DNA of 64,000 nucleotides from the NCBI GenBank assembly GCA_963840885.1, contig CAWJAN010000001.1, positions 181,356 through 245,355 of the forward strand, read 5' to 3'. Both the position numbers and the translations under genes were made by a program. This DNA comes from an uncultured bacterium. GTDB lineage: Bacteria > Patescibacteriota > Minisyncoccia > Phycocordibacterales > GWA1-40-21. The notes under the pieces are model-generated. The model was not told the DNA's origin and did not search any database. It saw only the letters and a program-made list of their open reading frames with translations. Numbering within the stretch: position 1 is the stretch's first letter; each line of letters begins with the position of its first letter. This document shows positions 36,501 through 44,251 of the stretch, piece by piece.

Positions 36501-38995
36501 GCGGAGGTTGTGGAAAGTTTTGCATCAAGCGTTGCTTGCAGATCTGCTTGGTCAGAAAGAAGGCCTGTGATGGATCCCCAGCTTACAGCAGCGGCAGATG
36601 TGGCCGACCAGTCGAAACCTGTCGGAGAAGTGGACGAGGCTCGCAAAAATTGTCCTGGAAGTCCGGTTGTGATGGTTCCGAGTCCATGCAAAGAAGACCA
36701 ATATGTAATCGTATTCGTGGCACCGGTTCCATTTGCAAAAGTGGACGATGCATATGGGAATGAAACATATGTCGCCGCGGCGGAAGTCGTGGAAAGATAG
36801 CCGCCGAGAGAAGATTGCGTCGCATATGTTGAAGAACCGTAATCGTAAGTGACGAAAGTGGATGATGCGTAAGTGAAAGACGGATATGTCGAGGTTGCAT
36901 CCGCGATTGAGAGATATGTCGCTGCGGCGGAGGTTGTGGAAAGTTTTGCATCAAGCGTTGCTTGCAGATCTGCTTGGTCAGAAAGAAGGCCTGTGATGGA
37001 TCCCCAATCAACGGTTGTTGTTGTGGTAGCCACCCAGTCAAAACCGCTTGCGGATGTTGAAGATGCGGTAAGGAAATATCCTGGCGTTCCGCTTGGAATA
37101 GTTCCCAGAGTTCCTGTCCCGCTCCAATAAGGAATGGTTTTTGCAACGCCATTCCCTGCTCCGGCTACAAAAGTCGATGAAGCGTTCGTGATAGTCAGAT
37201 ATGTCGCCGCGGCGGAAGTCGTGGAAAGATAGCCGCCGAGAGAAGATTGCGTCGCATATGTTGATGAACCGTAATCATAAGTTGCGAAGGCCGAAGAAGC
37301 ATAGGCGAAAGACGGATATGTAGACGTGGCGTCTGATATCGCAAGGTATGTGCTTGCGGCGGAAGTCGTGGAAAGATAGCCGTCAAGGCTTGTCGTCGAA
37401 ATATAGCCTGCCGGATTTGAAGAGAGATAATATGTCGATGATGCCTCATCTATAGACAGATAAGTCGATGATGCGTATGTAAACGAAACATATGTTGCTG
37501 CGGCGGAAGTCGTGGAAAGAAAACCTACCGAAGAAGTTGGCGAAGTCCATGACAAACTGCCGGAGCCGTCGGTAGTCAAAACATAACCGGCTGAACCGTC
37601 TGAATCCGGAAAGGTGTATGTTGTAGAGCTTGTAATCGAATTCGGAATAAATCCGACATAGCCAGAAGTGGAAGCCGAGAGCCTCAGTTCTCCTTTTACA
37701 TCAAGGGCTGATCCGGGAATTGTCGTGCCTATGCCGACATTGCCATCGCCATCGATTATCATGCGCTCATTTGTCGTATCGGCGCCGCCGGTGATAAATT
37801 TTATTGAGGAATCGCCGCCGGTTAAAGCTGAAGGGAAAAGCGTGCCGATTACAAGATCATTTCCTCCGCTCACTAAAAATCCGTTATCCGGGCCTCCAAG
37901 CGGAAACGTAGGATTGTTATATCCGGAAGATGTTATGCCCATTGTCATGGAATTTTGTTGCGGATAGGGACTGTCATGATTGTCGGCGCCCGCAGATAAG
38001 ACAGAAGCTGCTGCGTTGCCTGCATTCCTGTTGGTAACATTCAAAAACAAGTTGTCATTGATATCTCCGTTGCCGGTTATGGTTCCTGGGTTTCCTGGGT
38101 CAGCTTCGACTCTGAATTTTTCTGTTCCGAAAGAATCCGATCCTACGAGGACCTGGCCTGCATTATTTATTATAAAAGGCGTAGTATCATTTGGTTCATC
38201 GTCTACTTGGAAACTGTTTCCGTCGCCAAGATTTTTTACATATAATGGCATCGCCGTGGAACCTGCTTGGGTTCTTACCTCCACTATAGCCGGGTTTCCA
38301 GTCGCTGTTGACGGAGAGCTCTCGCCAAAAACCATTCCTGTCTGATCCGGACTTGCCAAAGACCAGTTCCATGCCTGAGGATTGTCTCCATTATCTATCG
38401 TATTGCCTGCGGTTGCCGCAAACAAAGAAGAAAGCGTTGTGGCTGGAGTTGAGGAACTGAGAAGTTCCAGCCAGTTTGAAAGAGTACTCGGCGGAGTAGC
38501 TGAAAGTATGTAAGATTTGTTTTCATCGGTCCTTATGGCGACATCTCCCACATCGGCTGAAAGCGCAAGCATAGATGCTTCATCGCTGACTACATAGGTA
38601 TGCGTAATGACAAGAGATGGCAATTGAGAAGCGAAAACTTGGCCGTTTCCATCAAGCGTAGCTACTCCGCCAGGAACACCTACCGGCAAATTGCTCATCG
38701 GCACGACTCCGGACGAATCGAGAGGAGCTATACCGTTTGCATCGCCTACTCCGAGCCCGGCATTCGATAAAGCATTGGTGACTGAAACCCAAATGGCATT
38801 CCCGGATGAATCTGAAGACAATATGAAATTATTATTCGCTCCGCTTTCGAATTTTAAAGCGCCGGAAACGGTAAGGCTTCCGCCTGTTGAAATATTCGTA
38901 CCTATTGTAGTAGCTGCAAAAACCAAAGCAGGAGCGATGGCCAATCCCATCGATAATGAAACTGAAAACAAAATTTTATATGTTTTTATTTTCAT
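33503..38995 (-). CDS. Giant (1830 aa) secreted repeat protein / putative adhesin with phage tail-fibre-like NGGTG motifs
   Basis: Signal peptide MKIKTYKILFSVSLSMGLAIAPALVFAA. G/S/T/A-rich beta-strand repeats. Five or more copies of (A/I/S)NGGTG(x)T...(F/A)N(N/A/S)L..(I/L)T.KGD. Roughly 142-aa near-identical tandem repeats (WGSITGLLSDQADLQATLDAKLSTTSAAATYLSIADATSTYPSFTYASS occurs twice verbatim). Higher local GC than its surroundings. The many internal + and - ORFs in the track are artefacts of the repeats. Confidence 0.8.
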   Translation of the reverse strand: MKIKTYKILFSVSLSMGLAIAPALVFAATTIGTNISTGGSLTVSGALKFESGANNNFILSSDSSGNAIWVSVTNALSNAGLGVGDANGIAPLDSSGVVPMSNLPVGVPGGVATLDGNGQVFASQLPSLVITHTYVVSDEASMLALSADVGDVAIRTDENKSYILSATPPSTLSNWLELLSSSTPATTLSSLFAATAGNTIDNGDNPQAWNWSLASPDQTGMVFGESSPSTATGNPAIVEVRTQAGSTAMPLYVKNLGDGNSFQVDDEPNDTTPFIINNAGQVLVGSDSFGTEKFRVEADPGNPGTITGNGDINDNLFLNVTNRNAGNAAASVLSAGADNHDSPYPQQNSMTMGITSSGYNNPTFPLGGPDNGFLVSGGNDLVIGTLFPSALTGGDSSIKFITGGADTTNERMIIDGDGNVGIGTTIPGSALDVKGELRLSASTSGYVGFIPNSITSSTTYTFPDSDGSAGYVLTTDGSGSLSWTSPTSSVGFLSTTSAAATYVSFTYASSTYLSIDEASSTYYLSSNPAGYISTTSLDGYLSTTSAASTYLAISDATSTYPSFAYASSAFATYDYGSSTYATQSSLGGYLSTTSAAATYLTITNASSTFVAGAGNGVAKTIPYWSGTGTLGTIPSGTPGYFLTASSTSASGFDWVATTTTTVDWGSITGLLSDQADLQATLDAKLSTTSAAATYLSIADATSTYPSFTYASSTFVTYDYGSSTYATQSSLGGYLSTTSAAATYVSFPYASSTFANGTGATNTITYWSSLHGLGTITTGLPGQFLRASSTSPTGFDWSATSAAAVSWGSITGLLSDQADLQATLDAKLSTTSAAATYLSIADATSTYPSFTYASSAFPSFSYASSTFIVNSGSGATNTLAYWSSPDTITALATGTDGLFLRASSTSPTGFDWGDDEDNGTVMSVDASGGTTGFTFTGGPVSTSGTLVLTGTLNVANGGTGAAATTTAFNNLSPITAKGDIISSDGSDNVKLSVGSNGQFLIASSGASTGLAWADGNSGTVTSVAASTTLSGLSFSGSPITDSGTLTLSGTLGITNGGTGQTTQTAGFNALSPLTTKGDIIVHNGTNNIRLPVSGTNGQVLTVDSTQASGIKWSSISSPTLQSAYDGGSSITTAASTNIALTLTSGNFTASGAGSVLLTPTGASSFTSGGALTLTGGATSTWSTGAGSLNIYSAGALNLGASTSTSVSIGRSGITTTISGTANYPGLAASAAIFTDSSKNLTSTGTVGISQGGTGQTTATSAFNSLSPITTKGDLISSDGSNNVRLGIGSDGQILAASSTATDGLAWMSTSTLGITSSQWTTSGNNIYYAAGGNVSIGTSTITAAPLTIASSGDATIRNQSTLNTSYAGMNMYDSNGTLSASFQYGNPSATFFTNQFVIASRQSSTSVALFQGGTSTSSNEKILLDNSGNIELLNGNVGIGTSTPNTALSVTGTTTTNGLKILNLANSFLGVDANGNVISTSSSAGGTVTSVAASSTIGLTFTGTPITTSGTLSLSGGSLIAANGGTGQTTYTTGDILYASAATTLSKLIDVTAGSFLRSGGAGTAPAWSTLVLPNAASQGDILYGSAANTISALAKNTSATSYLSNTGTSNNPAWAQINLANGVTGRLPFANLTQGSARSVLGVTGNATADNASIQGTANQVLVVNTGGTALAFGQVNLASASAVTGTLPIANGGTGNTVGIGSMIRFGNTQNYGSISCSGGGFATYFGAADDSSTETSVIPTPLPVATTLSKLYVVTRSNVPVNDSEVYVLRLNGASTALTCTIAAGASACHDTTHTVSASAGDVLDMLNTCTGTGASPSNVIGASIMAN
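36440..37300 (-). repeat. Near-identical ~426-bp tandem nucleotide repeats inside the giant surface-protein gene
   Basis: A stretch of roughly 130 nt beginning gaaagacggatatgtcgaggttgcatc... and ending ...gatggatcccca recurs at about 36441 and 36867, with a further degenerate copy after that. Period about 426 bp = 142 codons, in frame. Confidence 0.6.
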
Positions 38996-38998
38996 TTT

Positions 38999-40138
38999 TT
39001 AATTTTTATCCGATGTCCTTATCGTTATATTCGTGGAACCGGAAAGCGAAGTTGAAGAACCCGGTTCTGGCAATGTCAGATTGGCATCATTATTTCCCGA
39101 TGAATCTTTTATCGTTCCTCCGTTTAATTCGAGAGAAGATGAGTTTTGGTAATCCAGAGGAGAGGCAGAATCACCCTGCTTTATGTAATACAAGAATATG
39201 ATGAATCTGGAGCCTGAACCGCTCAGATAAGATACGGCTGAAGTCTGTGAATCTCCGGTCACAAGCATAAGCTCCGGCTTGCCGGAAACATACACTGGAC
39301 GATTGAAAGAAACTATTACCGGAATCCTTCCTGATTTGAAGGTTCCGCTGAGTATCGGGGAAATTACGGAAGTTACAGTTGCTCCGATATTTGAGACATC
39401 CTGTTTCGTATCTTTCATGTTCTGTGTTTCCGAATCGGCTTCGCTTGAAGTCGAGACCGAATCATTTTGATTATCTTCGACAGGAACGGTGGTTGTTGAT
39501 ATTTCCGTCGAAGTTGCGTCGCTTGCTTCGGTTGATGAGGAAACATCGGCATTCTCTGTGCTTGTGGAATTAGATTCATCCGAAACGGTGGAAGTCGCAG
39601 TCGATGTGCTTGCCGAATTATCGCTATCGCTTGATGTCGCCTGAGTTTCATCAAAAGAATTTTCCGTGCTTGTAGAAGACTGCAAATCTTGCGCGGAAGT
39701 CGAGGATGCGGTGACGGCCGTTGATGTCGCATCGGAAGATGAGGCTGCAGAAACGGAATCGGAACTCGTGCTCGTCGGATCTGTCGATGTTGAAGAATCT
39801 CCCGGCAATACCGGAGCATTATCCGTAGTCGTAGATTCCGCTCCGTTTCCGTCGCCGGAAACAGGAGCGGTTATTTCCGAAAAAGTATCTCCTATCGAAT
39901 CATCGATTACCGAAGTCGTCGATATAGAATCGCTTGAAGTCAGGTCGTTTATCGTGGATGTGGAAATGATGCTTTCTATGGTGCCGGTCGCCGATTCTTC
40001 ATCTGCAAAGGCGAAGCCGTTTTTTGACAGGGCCACGCTGAATAAATTGTAAGCAAAAATAAAGACAAATATGGCCAGAATGGTCCTGTAAAAATAGCTA
40101 CTATCTGCAATTATTTTTCTTAGTTTATGTGGATACAT
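38999..40138 (-). CDS. Secreted Ser/Thr/Asp-rich low-complexity protein (N-terminal signal anchor)
   Basis: N-terminal TM/signal (ILAIFVFIFAYNLFSVALS), then a roughly 250-aa S/T/D/A low-complexity region and a more ordered C-terminal roughly 110 aa. It sits immediately upstream of the giant gene on the same strand. Confidence 0.5.
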   Translation of the reverse strand: MYPHKLRKIIADSSYFYRTILAIFVFIFAYNLFSVALSKNGFAFADEESATGTIESIISTSTINDLTSSDSISTTSVIDDSIGDTFSEITAPVSGDGNGAESTTTDNAPVLPGDSSTSTDPTSTSSDSVSAASSSDATSTAVTASSTSAQDLQSSTSTENSFDETQATSSDSDNSASTSTATSTVSDESNSTSTENADVSSSTEASDATSTEISTTTVPVEDNQNDSVSTSSEADSETQNMKDTKQDVSNIGATVTSVISPILSGTFKSGRIPVIVSFNRPVYVSGKPELMLVTGDSQTSAVSYLSGSGSRFIIFLYYIKQGDSASPLDYQNSSSLELNGGTIKDSSGNNDANLTLPEPGSSTSLSGSTNITIRTSDKN

Positions 40139-40899
40139 ACTATGCTCTAAATTATATCAATAAAGCGTTCTATAATAAAGGGGTTTGGCGGCAGTTGATA
40201 ACTATTAATTTAAGCTTGGCTTATGCCTGTTATAATAAGCCTGTGATAAGAAAAATATTCTATAAATTCTTCAGGAATTTGGCCATGTTTTGGAGCGGAT
40301 ACAACCTGATTTTTCAGGCAATCGCTATCCTCCTTACTTACTTTATAGTCACAAGCGATTTTGACTGGAAATTTTTTGAATTCACAAGAATCATTCCTAC
40401 ATCTGTCTACTTCCCTGCTATCATTATGGGCGGGCTTTTGCCTATTTTCATTCCGATTTTTTTCCTGGGATACGGAAATGCTAAAAACGATAAAAGTATT
40501 TCTTTATCTGGGGTAGCTCTCGGCCAATCGGCAATAATAGGGCTTCTGATTTCCGGGTTCTATAAAATCTTTACCGGAAGAATCCAGCCGAACCTTTACA
40601 ATACCGTCACCGATATAAGCAAGGAATTCAATTTTGGATTCATGAGGCACGGAGTTTTTTGGGGGTGGCCTTCAAGCCACACTACTGTGGCTTTCGCCAT
40701 GGCCATAACCCTTATTTATCTTTATCCAAAAAATAAAGCTTTGATTGTACTCTCGCTCATATATGCATTTTATGTGGGAATAGCCGTATCGATGAGCATA
40801 CATTGGTTTTCGGAATTCGTGGCCGGAGCTATATTCGGAACCATTATAGGAATGATAGTCGGAAAGACTTTTGCCGATTATAAAAAAACCTCCGCATAG
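40129..40899 (+). CDS. PAP2-superfamily phosphatase (BcrC/PgpB-like), start uncertain
   Basis: Multi-TM protein with PAP2 motifs (KIFTGRIQP; WGWPSSHT as the PSGH-type motif; SIHWFSEFVAG as the SRx5Hx3D/E-type motif). The ORF-track start overlaps the divergent upstream gene by 10 nt. The internal Met near 40285 (MFWSGYNL, giving about 204 aa) is more plausible. Confidence 0.55.
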   Translation: MDTYYALNYINKAFYNKGVWRQLITINLSLAYACYNKPVIRKIFYKFFRNLAMFWSGYNLIFQAIAILLTYFIVTSDFDWKFFEFTRIIPTSVYFPAIIMGGLLPIFIPIFFLGYGNAKNDKSISLSGVALGQSAIIGLLISGFYKIFTGRIQPNLYNTVTDISKEFNFGFMRHGVFWGWPSSHTTVAFAMAITLIYLYPKNKALIVLSLIYAFYVGIAVSMSIHWFSEFVAGAIFGTIIGMIVGKTFADYKKTSA

Positions 40900-40916
40900 G
40901 CGGAGGTTTTTTTATT
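40884..40916. terminator. Bidirectional rho-independent terminator
   Basis: aaaaaacctccgc-atag-gcggaggttttttt between convergent PAP2 (+) and ftsX (-). Confidence 0.72.
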
Positions 40917-41848
40917 TAATTTTTAAGATATTTCTGGACAGCCAGGTAGCTCGCTATCGAACCGAGAAGAACTCCGGATCCGAACAAGATTCCGAAAATA
41001 ATGAAGAAATTCTGCATATAATAATCGAAAATATCAAAACCTACAAAGTAGGTGCCGTAATACATGTTTAAGAAATATGTCGAAGCGGCAAAAAAAGTTA
41101 TGACAAGAAATGCGGAAATCACTCCGCAGAATATTCCGCTGACGACAAACGGCCCTTTGATGAATTTTCTCGATGCACCGACGAGATGCATTACGGAAAT
41201 CTCGTCTCTCGACATGTAGATGGAAAGCTTTATGGTATTGAAAACTATGAGTATGGATATGGCTATGAAAATGATGGCCAGCCAAAGGCCGATAGAATCC
41301 ACGGAATTCAATATTTTGGAAGCGCGGTCTATTATAAGCTTATTTTTGGAATAATTTACACTGTCTATTATTTTTGTGCTGCTTGCCGAGAGAAGCTCAT
41401 TGCTGTCAGAATTCAGGAAATCGGCTATGCCTTCGTATTGCGACGGATCTTTTGCTTTTATATTGAGTGATGCGCCGAGCGGATTCGTGCCGAGCTCATC
41501 GAGAGCTTGCAAAGTGAGCTGGTCTCCTTGATTTTTTGTCTTGAAATCAGCAAGCGCCTGGTCAGCCGAAACATATTCTACGGAAGATACTTCGGGAAGC
41601 GCTTCTAGAGATTTCTTCACGGCAAGAACATCCGGCTCTGTAGCATCAGTGACGAAATAGACGCTTATATCGACTTTATCCTTCACTTGGTTGACTCCGT
41701 AATTCACGAGTCCGCTCATCAGTACTGTGCCTGAAATTATAAAAAGGGTTATCGTCATGATGACGACTGAAGATAAGGAAACGAATCCGTTCCTGAAGAA
41801 ATTCTGCAATCCAGATTTCCAAACCCTTTTTGTATTTAGCCAGAACAT
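40916..41848 (-). CDS. ftsX: Cell-division ABC transporter permease FtsX
   Basis: FtsX topology: N-terminal TM, a large periplasmic loop, and three C-terminal TM helices. Characteristic N-terminus MFWLNTKRVWKSGLQNFFRNGFVSLSSVVIMTITLF. It lies directly downstream of ftsE. Confidence 0.85.
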   Translation of the reverse strand: MFWLNTKRVWKSGLQNFFRNGFVSLSSVVIMTITLFIISGTVLMSGLVNYGVNQVKDKVDISVYFVTDATEPDVLAVKKSLEALPEVSSVEYVSADQALADFKTKNQGDQLTLQALDELGTNPLGASLNIKAKDPSQYEGIADFLNSDSNELLSASSTKIIDSVNYSKNKLIIDRASKILNSVDSIGLWLAIIFIAISILIVFNTIKLSIYMSRDEISVMHLVGASRKFIKGPFVVSGIFCGVISAFLVITFFAASTYFLNMYYGTYFVGFDIFDYYMQNFFIIFGILFGSGVLLGSIASYLAVQKYLKN

Positions 41849-41864
41849 TTTTTTTATTATAGCA

Positions 41865-42551
41865 TTAAATGACGTATTTTCCCGTTGGATCGTCCCTTAT
41901 GATTTTTCCGTTTTCTATGGTAATGACTCTTTTTTCCAGGGAATCTATGACCCCCTTGTTGTGCGTGGTCAAGATTATCGTCGTTCCCAGATCGTTTATC
42001 TTTTTTAGAATCCTGATGACTTCGTTCGTATTTATAGGATCGAGATTCCCAGTAGGTTCATCGGCGATTATTATATCCGGCTGGTTCACTATGGCTCTTG
42101 CTATGGCCACCCTCTGCTTTTCCCCGCCGGAAAGCTCACCGGGAAAATTCAATGCCTTGCTCGCAAGATCTACAAGCTCAAGAACATGCGGGACGTCCGC
42201 CTGTATCTCTTCTTCACTTCTTCCTGAAACTTCCATGGCGAAAGCTATGTTTTCATAAACCGTCTTATTGGACAGGAGCTTGAAATCCTGGAATATCGTG
42301 CCGATTTTCCTTCTGAAATGAGGGATTTCGTTTTTCTTAAGCTTGTGCACGTCTATCGATTCATAAAAAACCCTTCCGCTCGTAGGCTTTTCTTCGGCTA
42401 AAAGCATCTTTATCATAGTAGTCTTGCCGGCTCCAGAATGTCCTACGATAGAAACGAATTCTTTAGGTTCAATTTTTGTAGTTGCTTCATCCAGCGCTAC
42501 CGTTCCGTCAGGATAAACCTTGGTAACTTTCTCGAAAATTATCATAAGCAA
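41865..42551 (-). CDS. ftsE: Cell-division ABC transporter ATP-binding protein FtsE
   Basis: Walker A GHSGAGKTT, ABC signature LSGGEKQRVAIARA, Walker B IIIADEPT. The N-terminus (M)IIFEKVTKVYPDG is FtsE-like. Confidence 0.9.
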   Translation of the reverse strand: MLMIIFEKVTKVYPDGTVALDEATTKIEPKEFVSIVGHSGAGKTTMIKMLLAEEKPTSGRVFYESIDVHKLKKNEIPHFRRKIGTIFQDFKLLSNKTVYENIAFAMEVSGRSEEEIQADVPHVLELVDLASKALNFPGELSGGEKQRVAIARAIVNQPDIIIADEPTGNLDPINTNEVIRILKKINDLGTTIILTTHNKGVIDSLEKRVITIENGKIIRDDPTGKYVI

Positions 42552-42616
42552 TCATTATAACATCTGGATATATCAATTCAACTTTATTTAATTCAACTGC
42601 CGGCCATTTTTAGCTA

Positions 42617-43489
42617 TTATTTCAGTTCCCTTTCCGCTTCTATGAATTCATCAAGGTCGCCGCCTAAAACTTTTTCTATGTTAGCAGTTTCCACATTGGT
42701 CCTATGGTCCTTTATCATCTTATACGGATGAAAAACGTACGAGCGTATCTGGTTTCCCCAGTTTATGGATATGGTTTTGCTTATATGCATGCCGCTTCGT
42801 TCGGCTTTTTTCTCTTCTTCCTTTAGCTTGTAAAGCTTTCCTTTCAAAATCTGCATTGCTTTTTCCTTGTTCTGGACCTGAGATCTTTGCGAAGCGCTTC
42901 GTACTGAAATTCCCGTCGGAATATGCGTGATTCTGACAGCCGTTTCTCTCTTGTTTACATTCTGTCCGCCAGGGCCTCCCGCCTTTGACATCTCAATCTT
43001 AAGATCGCTTTCGTTAATTGGGATTTCGCCGTCTTTTTCTATTTTCGGAAGCACCTCTACCATTGAAAATGAAGTTTGCCTTAGATTTTTGGAATTAAAT
43101 GGCGACAAACGCACCAGCCGGTGCACTCCCGACTCGTTTTTCAAAAGGCCGTAGGCATTCGGGCCGGTTATCTCAGCGGTAACATTCCTGTATCCGCCAT
43201 GGTCGTTTTCCGATTCGTCTATTATATGGAAGTTCCAATTTTTCCTTTCCGCATATTTCCTGTACATATCCAAGAGAATCCTGGAAAAATCCTCGGCATC
43301 GTCTCCGCCTGCGCCTGAAAATATATTCATTATGGCGTGTCCGGAATCATATTTGTTTTTTCCGGAAATCTCGGATTTAAGAAAATTTATTTCCTTCAGC
43401 ACTGCCTGGGCCTTGTTCTTATCGTTCCAAAAATCTGGGTTTTTAATCTCTTCTTCCAGCTGTTTTAGCTTTTGTTCCATTTCATTCAT
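42617..43489 (-). CDS. prfB: Peptide chain release factor 2 (short, no programmed frameshift evident)
   Basis: SPF tripeptide motif (RLSPFNS) and GGQ motif (GPGGQNVNKRETAVRITHIPTG). At 290 aa the N-terminal domain is shortened. Immediately upstream is a terminator hairpin, not a short frameshifted ORF. Confidence 0.85.
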   Translation of the reverse strand: MNEMEQKLKQLEEEIKNPDFWNDKNKAQAVLKEINFLKSEISGKNKYDSGHAIMNIFSGAGGDDAEDFSRILLDMYRKYAERKNWNFHIIDESENDHGGYRNVTAEITGPNAYGLLKNESGVHRLVRLSPFNSKNLRQTSFSMVEVLPKIEKDGEIPINESDLKIEMSKAGGPGGQNVNKRETAVRITHIPTGISVRSASQRSQVQNKEKAMQILKGKLYKLKEEEKKAERSGMHISKTISINWGNQIRSYVFHPYKMIKDHRTNVETANIEKVLGGDLDEFIEAERELK

Positions 43490-43529
43490 GGTTTGAATTA
43501 TAACAGAATTTTTTTATAAAATTAAAAAA

Positions 43530-43560
43530 TAAAAACCCCCTTGGATTCAACCAAGGGGGC
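43530..43560 (-). terminator. Rho-independent terminator (minus strand)
   Basis: Perfect 9-bp stem cccccttgg-attcaa-ccaaggggg, with a T-run on the minus strand (A-run 43510-43535 on the plus strand). Confidence 0.6.
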
Positions 43561-43970
43561 GAAGAAGTTCTTATTAGGTGTGGGGCATCGCCTGACAACT
43601 TACGGCATCTACCTGATCGATAGCGATTTTTTAATTCGCCGATGGAACAGTCGCCTGTGCACGCGGTCATTTTACCGCAGCAAAAGTTGTCTTACAGCCG
43701 TGGGATTCCTCCCTAACAGAGAGAATATCTCCGTAGTCCGGCAGTTGACGCCTAACTTCTTGCGGATCAACAGTAATGTTGATATCTTCCACTAAACTTT
43801 TAAGATGCAAAAGCGATTATCGGCTTTGTTTTACCGGTATGCCGATGCCTTAAAAGTGCCCTAAAAGAACGTTCATACTTTTTACCACATTTAAATTATT
43901 ATGCAAGGGCTGTTTATTCTTTGCAAAAAATAGGAAAATCGCTTAAGATTCAAATTGTTTTTGCAGCCAA

Positions 43971-44046
43971 GCCGTTGTAGCTCAGTCGGTAGAGCACGTC
44001 ATTGGTAATGACGAGGTCACCGGTTCGATCCCGGTCAACGGCTCCA
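43971..44046 (+). tRNA. tRNA-Thr(GGT)
   Basis: Acceptor GCCGTTG/CAACGGC. Anticodon arm CGTCA-TTGGTAA-TGACG gives anticodon GGT. T-loop TTCGATC. CCA is encoded. Confidence 0.85.
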
Positions 44047-44137
44047 TTTTAAAAAATGTTAGTTTTTAAAATGATGCCTATAAGTAGCTGTTCTGGCAGG
44101 TATCACCGCGAAGCAGATTAACAATTTGGGAAATAAT

Positions 44138-44210
44138 GCCGAAGTAGCTCAGTTGGTAGAGCACATCTTTCGTAAAGATGGGGTCGCCGGTTCGATCCCG
44201 GCCTTCGGCT
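44138..44210 (+). tRNA. tRNA-Thr(CGT)
   Basis: Acceptor GCCGAAG/CTTCGGC. Anticodon arm CATCT-TTCGTAA-AGATG gives anticodon CGT. T-loop TTCGATC. Confidence 0.85.
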
Positions 44211-44251
44211 CAAATTATCTTTTGGACTTGTTTATGCTATTATAACCGCAT

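Noticed and set aside
33971-38345. Numerous 65-190-aa ORFs on both strands inside the giant surface-protein gene (for example 35826-36359 +, 36583-37152 -, 37195-37449 -, 36447-36800 +)
   Set aside because: They lie entirely within a long, repeat-rich, compositionally biased coding region. Their translations are low-complexity (P/Q/R/H- or A/V/P-rich) and they mirror the tandem repeats. They are frame artefacts of the 1830-aa gene.
43482-43795. ORFs 43482-43670 (-) and 43541-43795 (+) in the prfB-tRNA intergenic region
   Set aside because: They cross a strong terminator hairpin, lack an RBS, and have non-protein-like composition. The region is treated instead as a possible ncRNA or leader.
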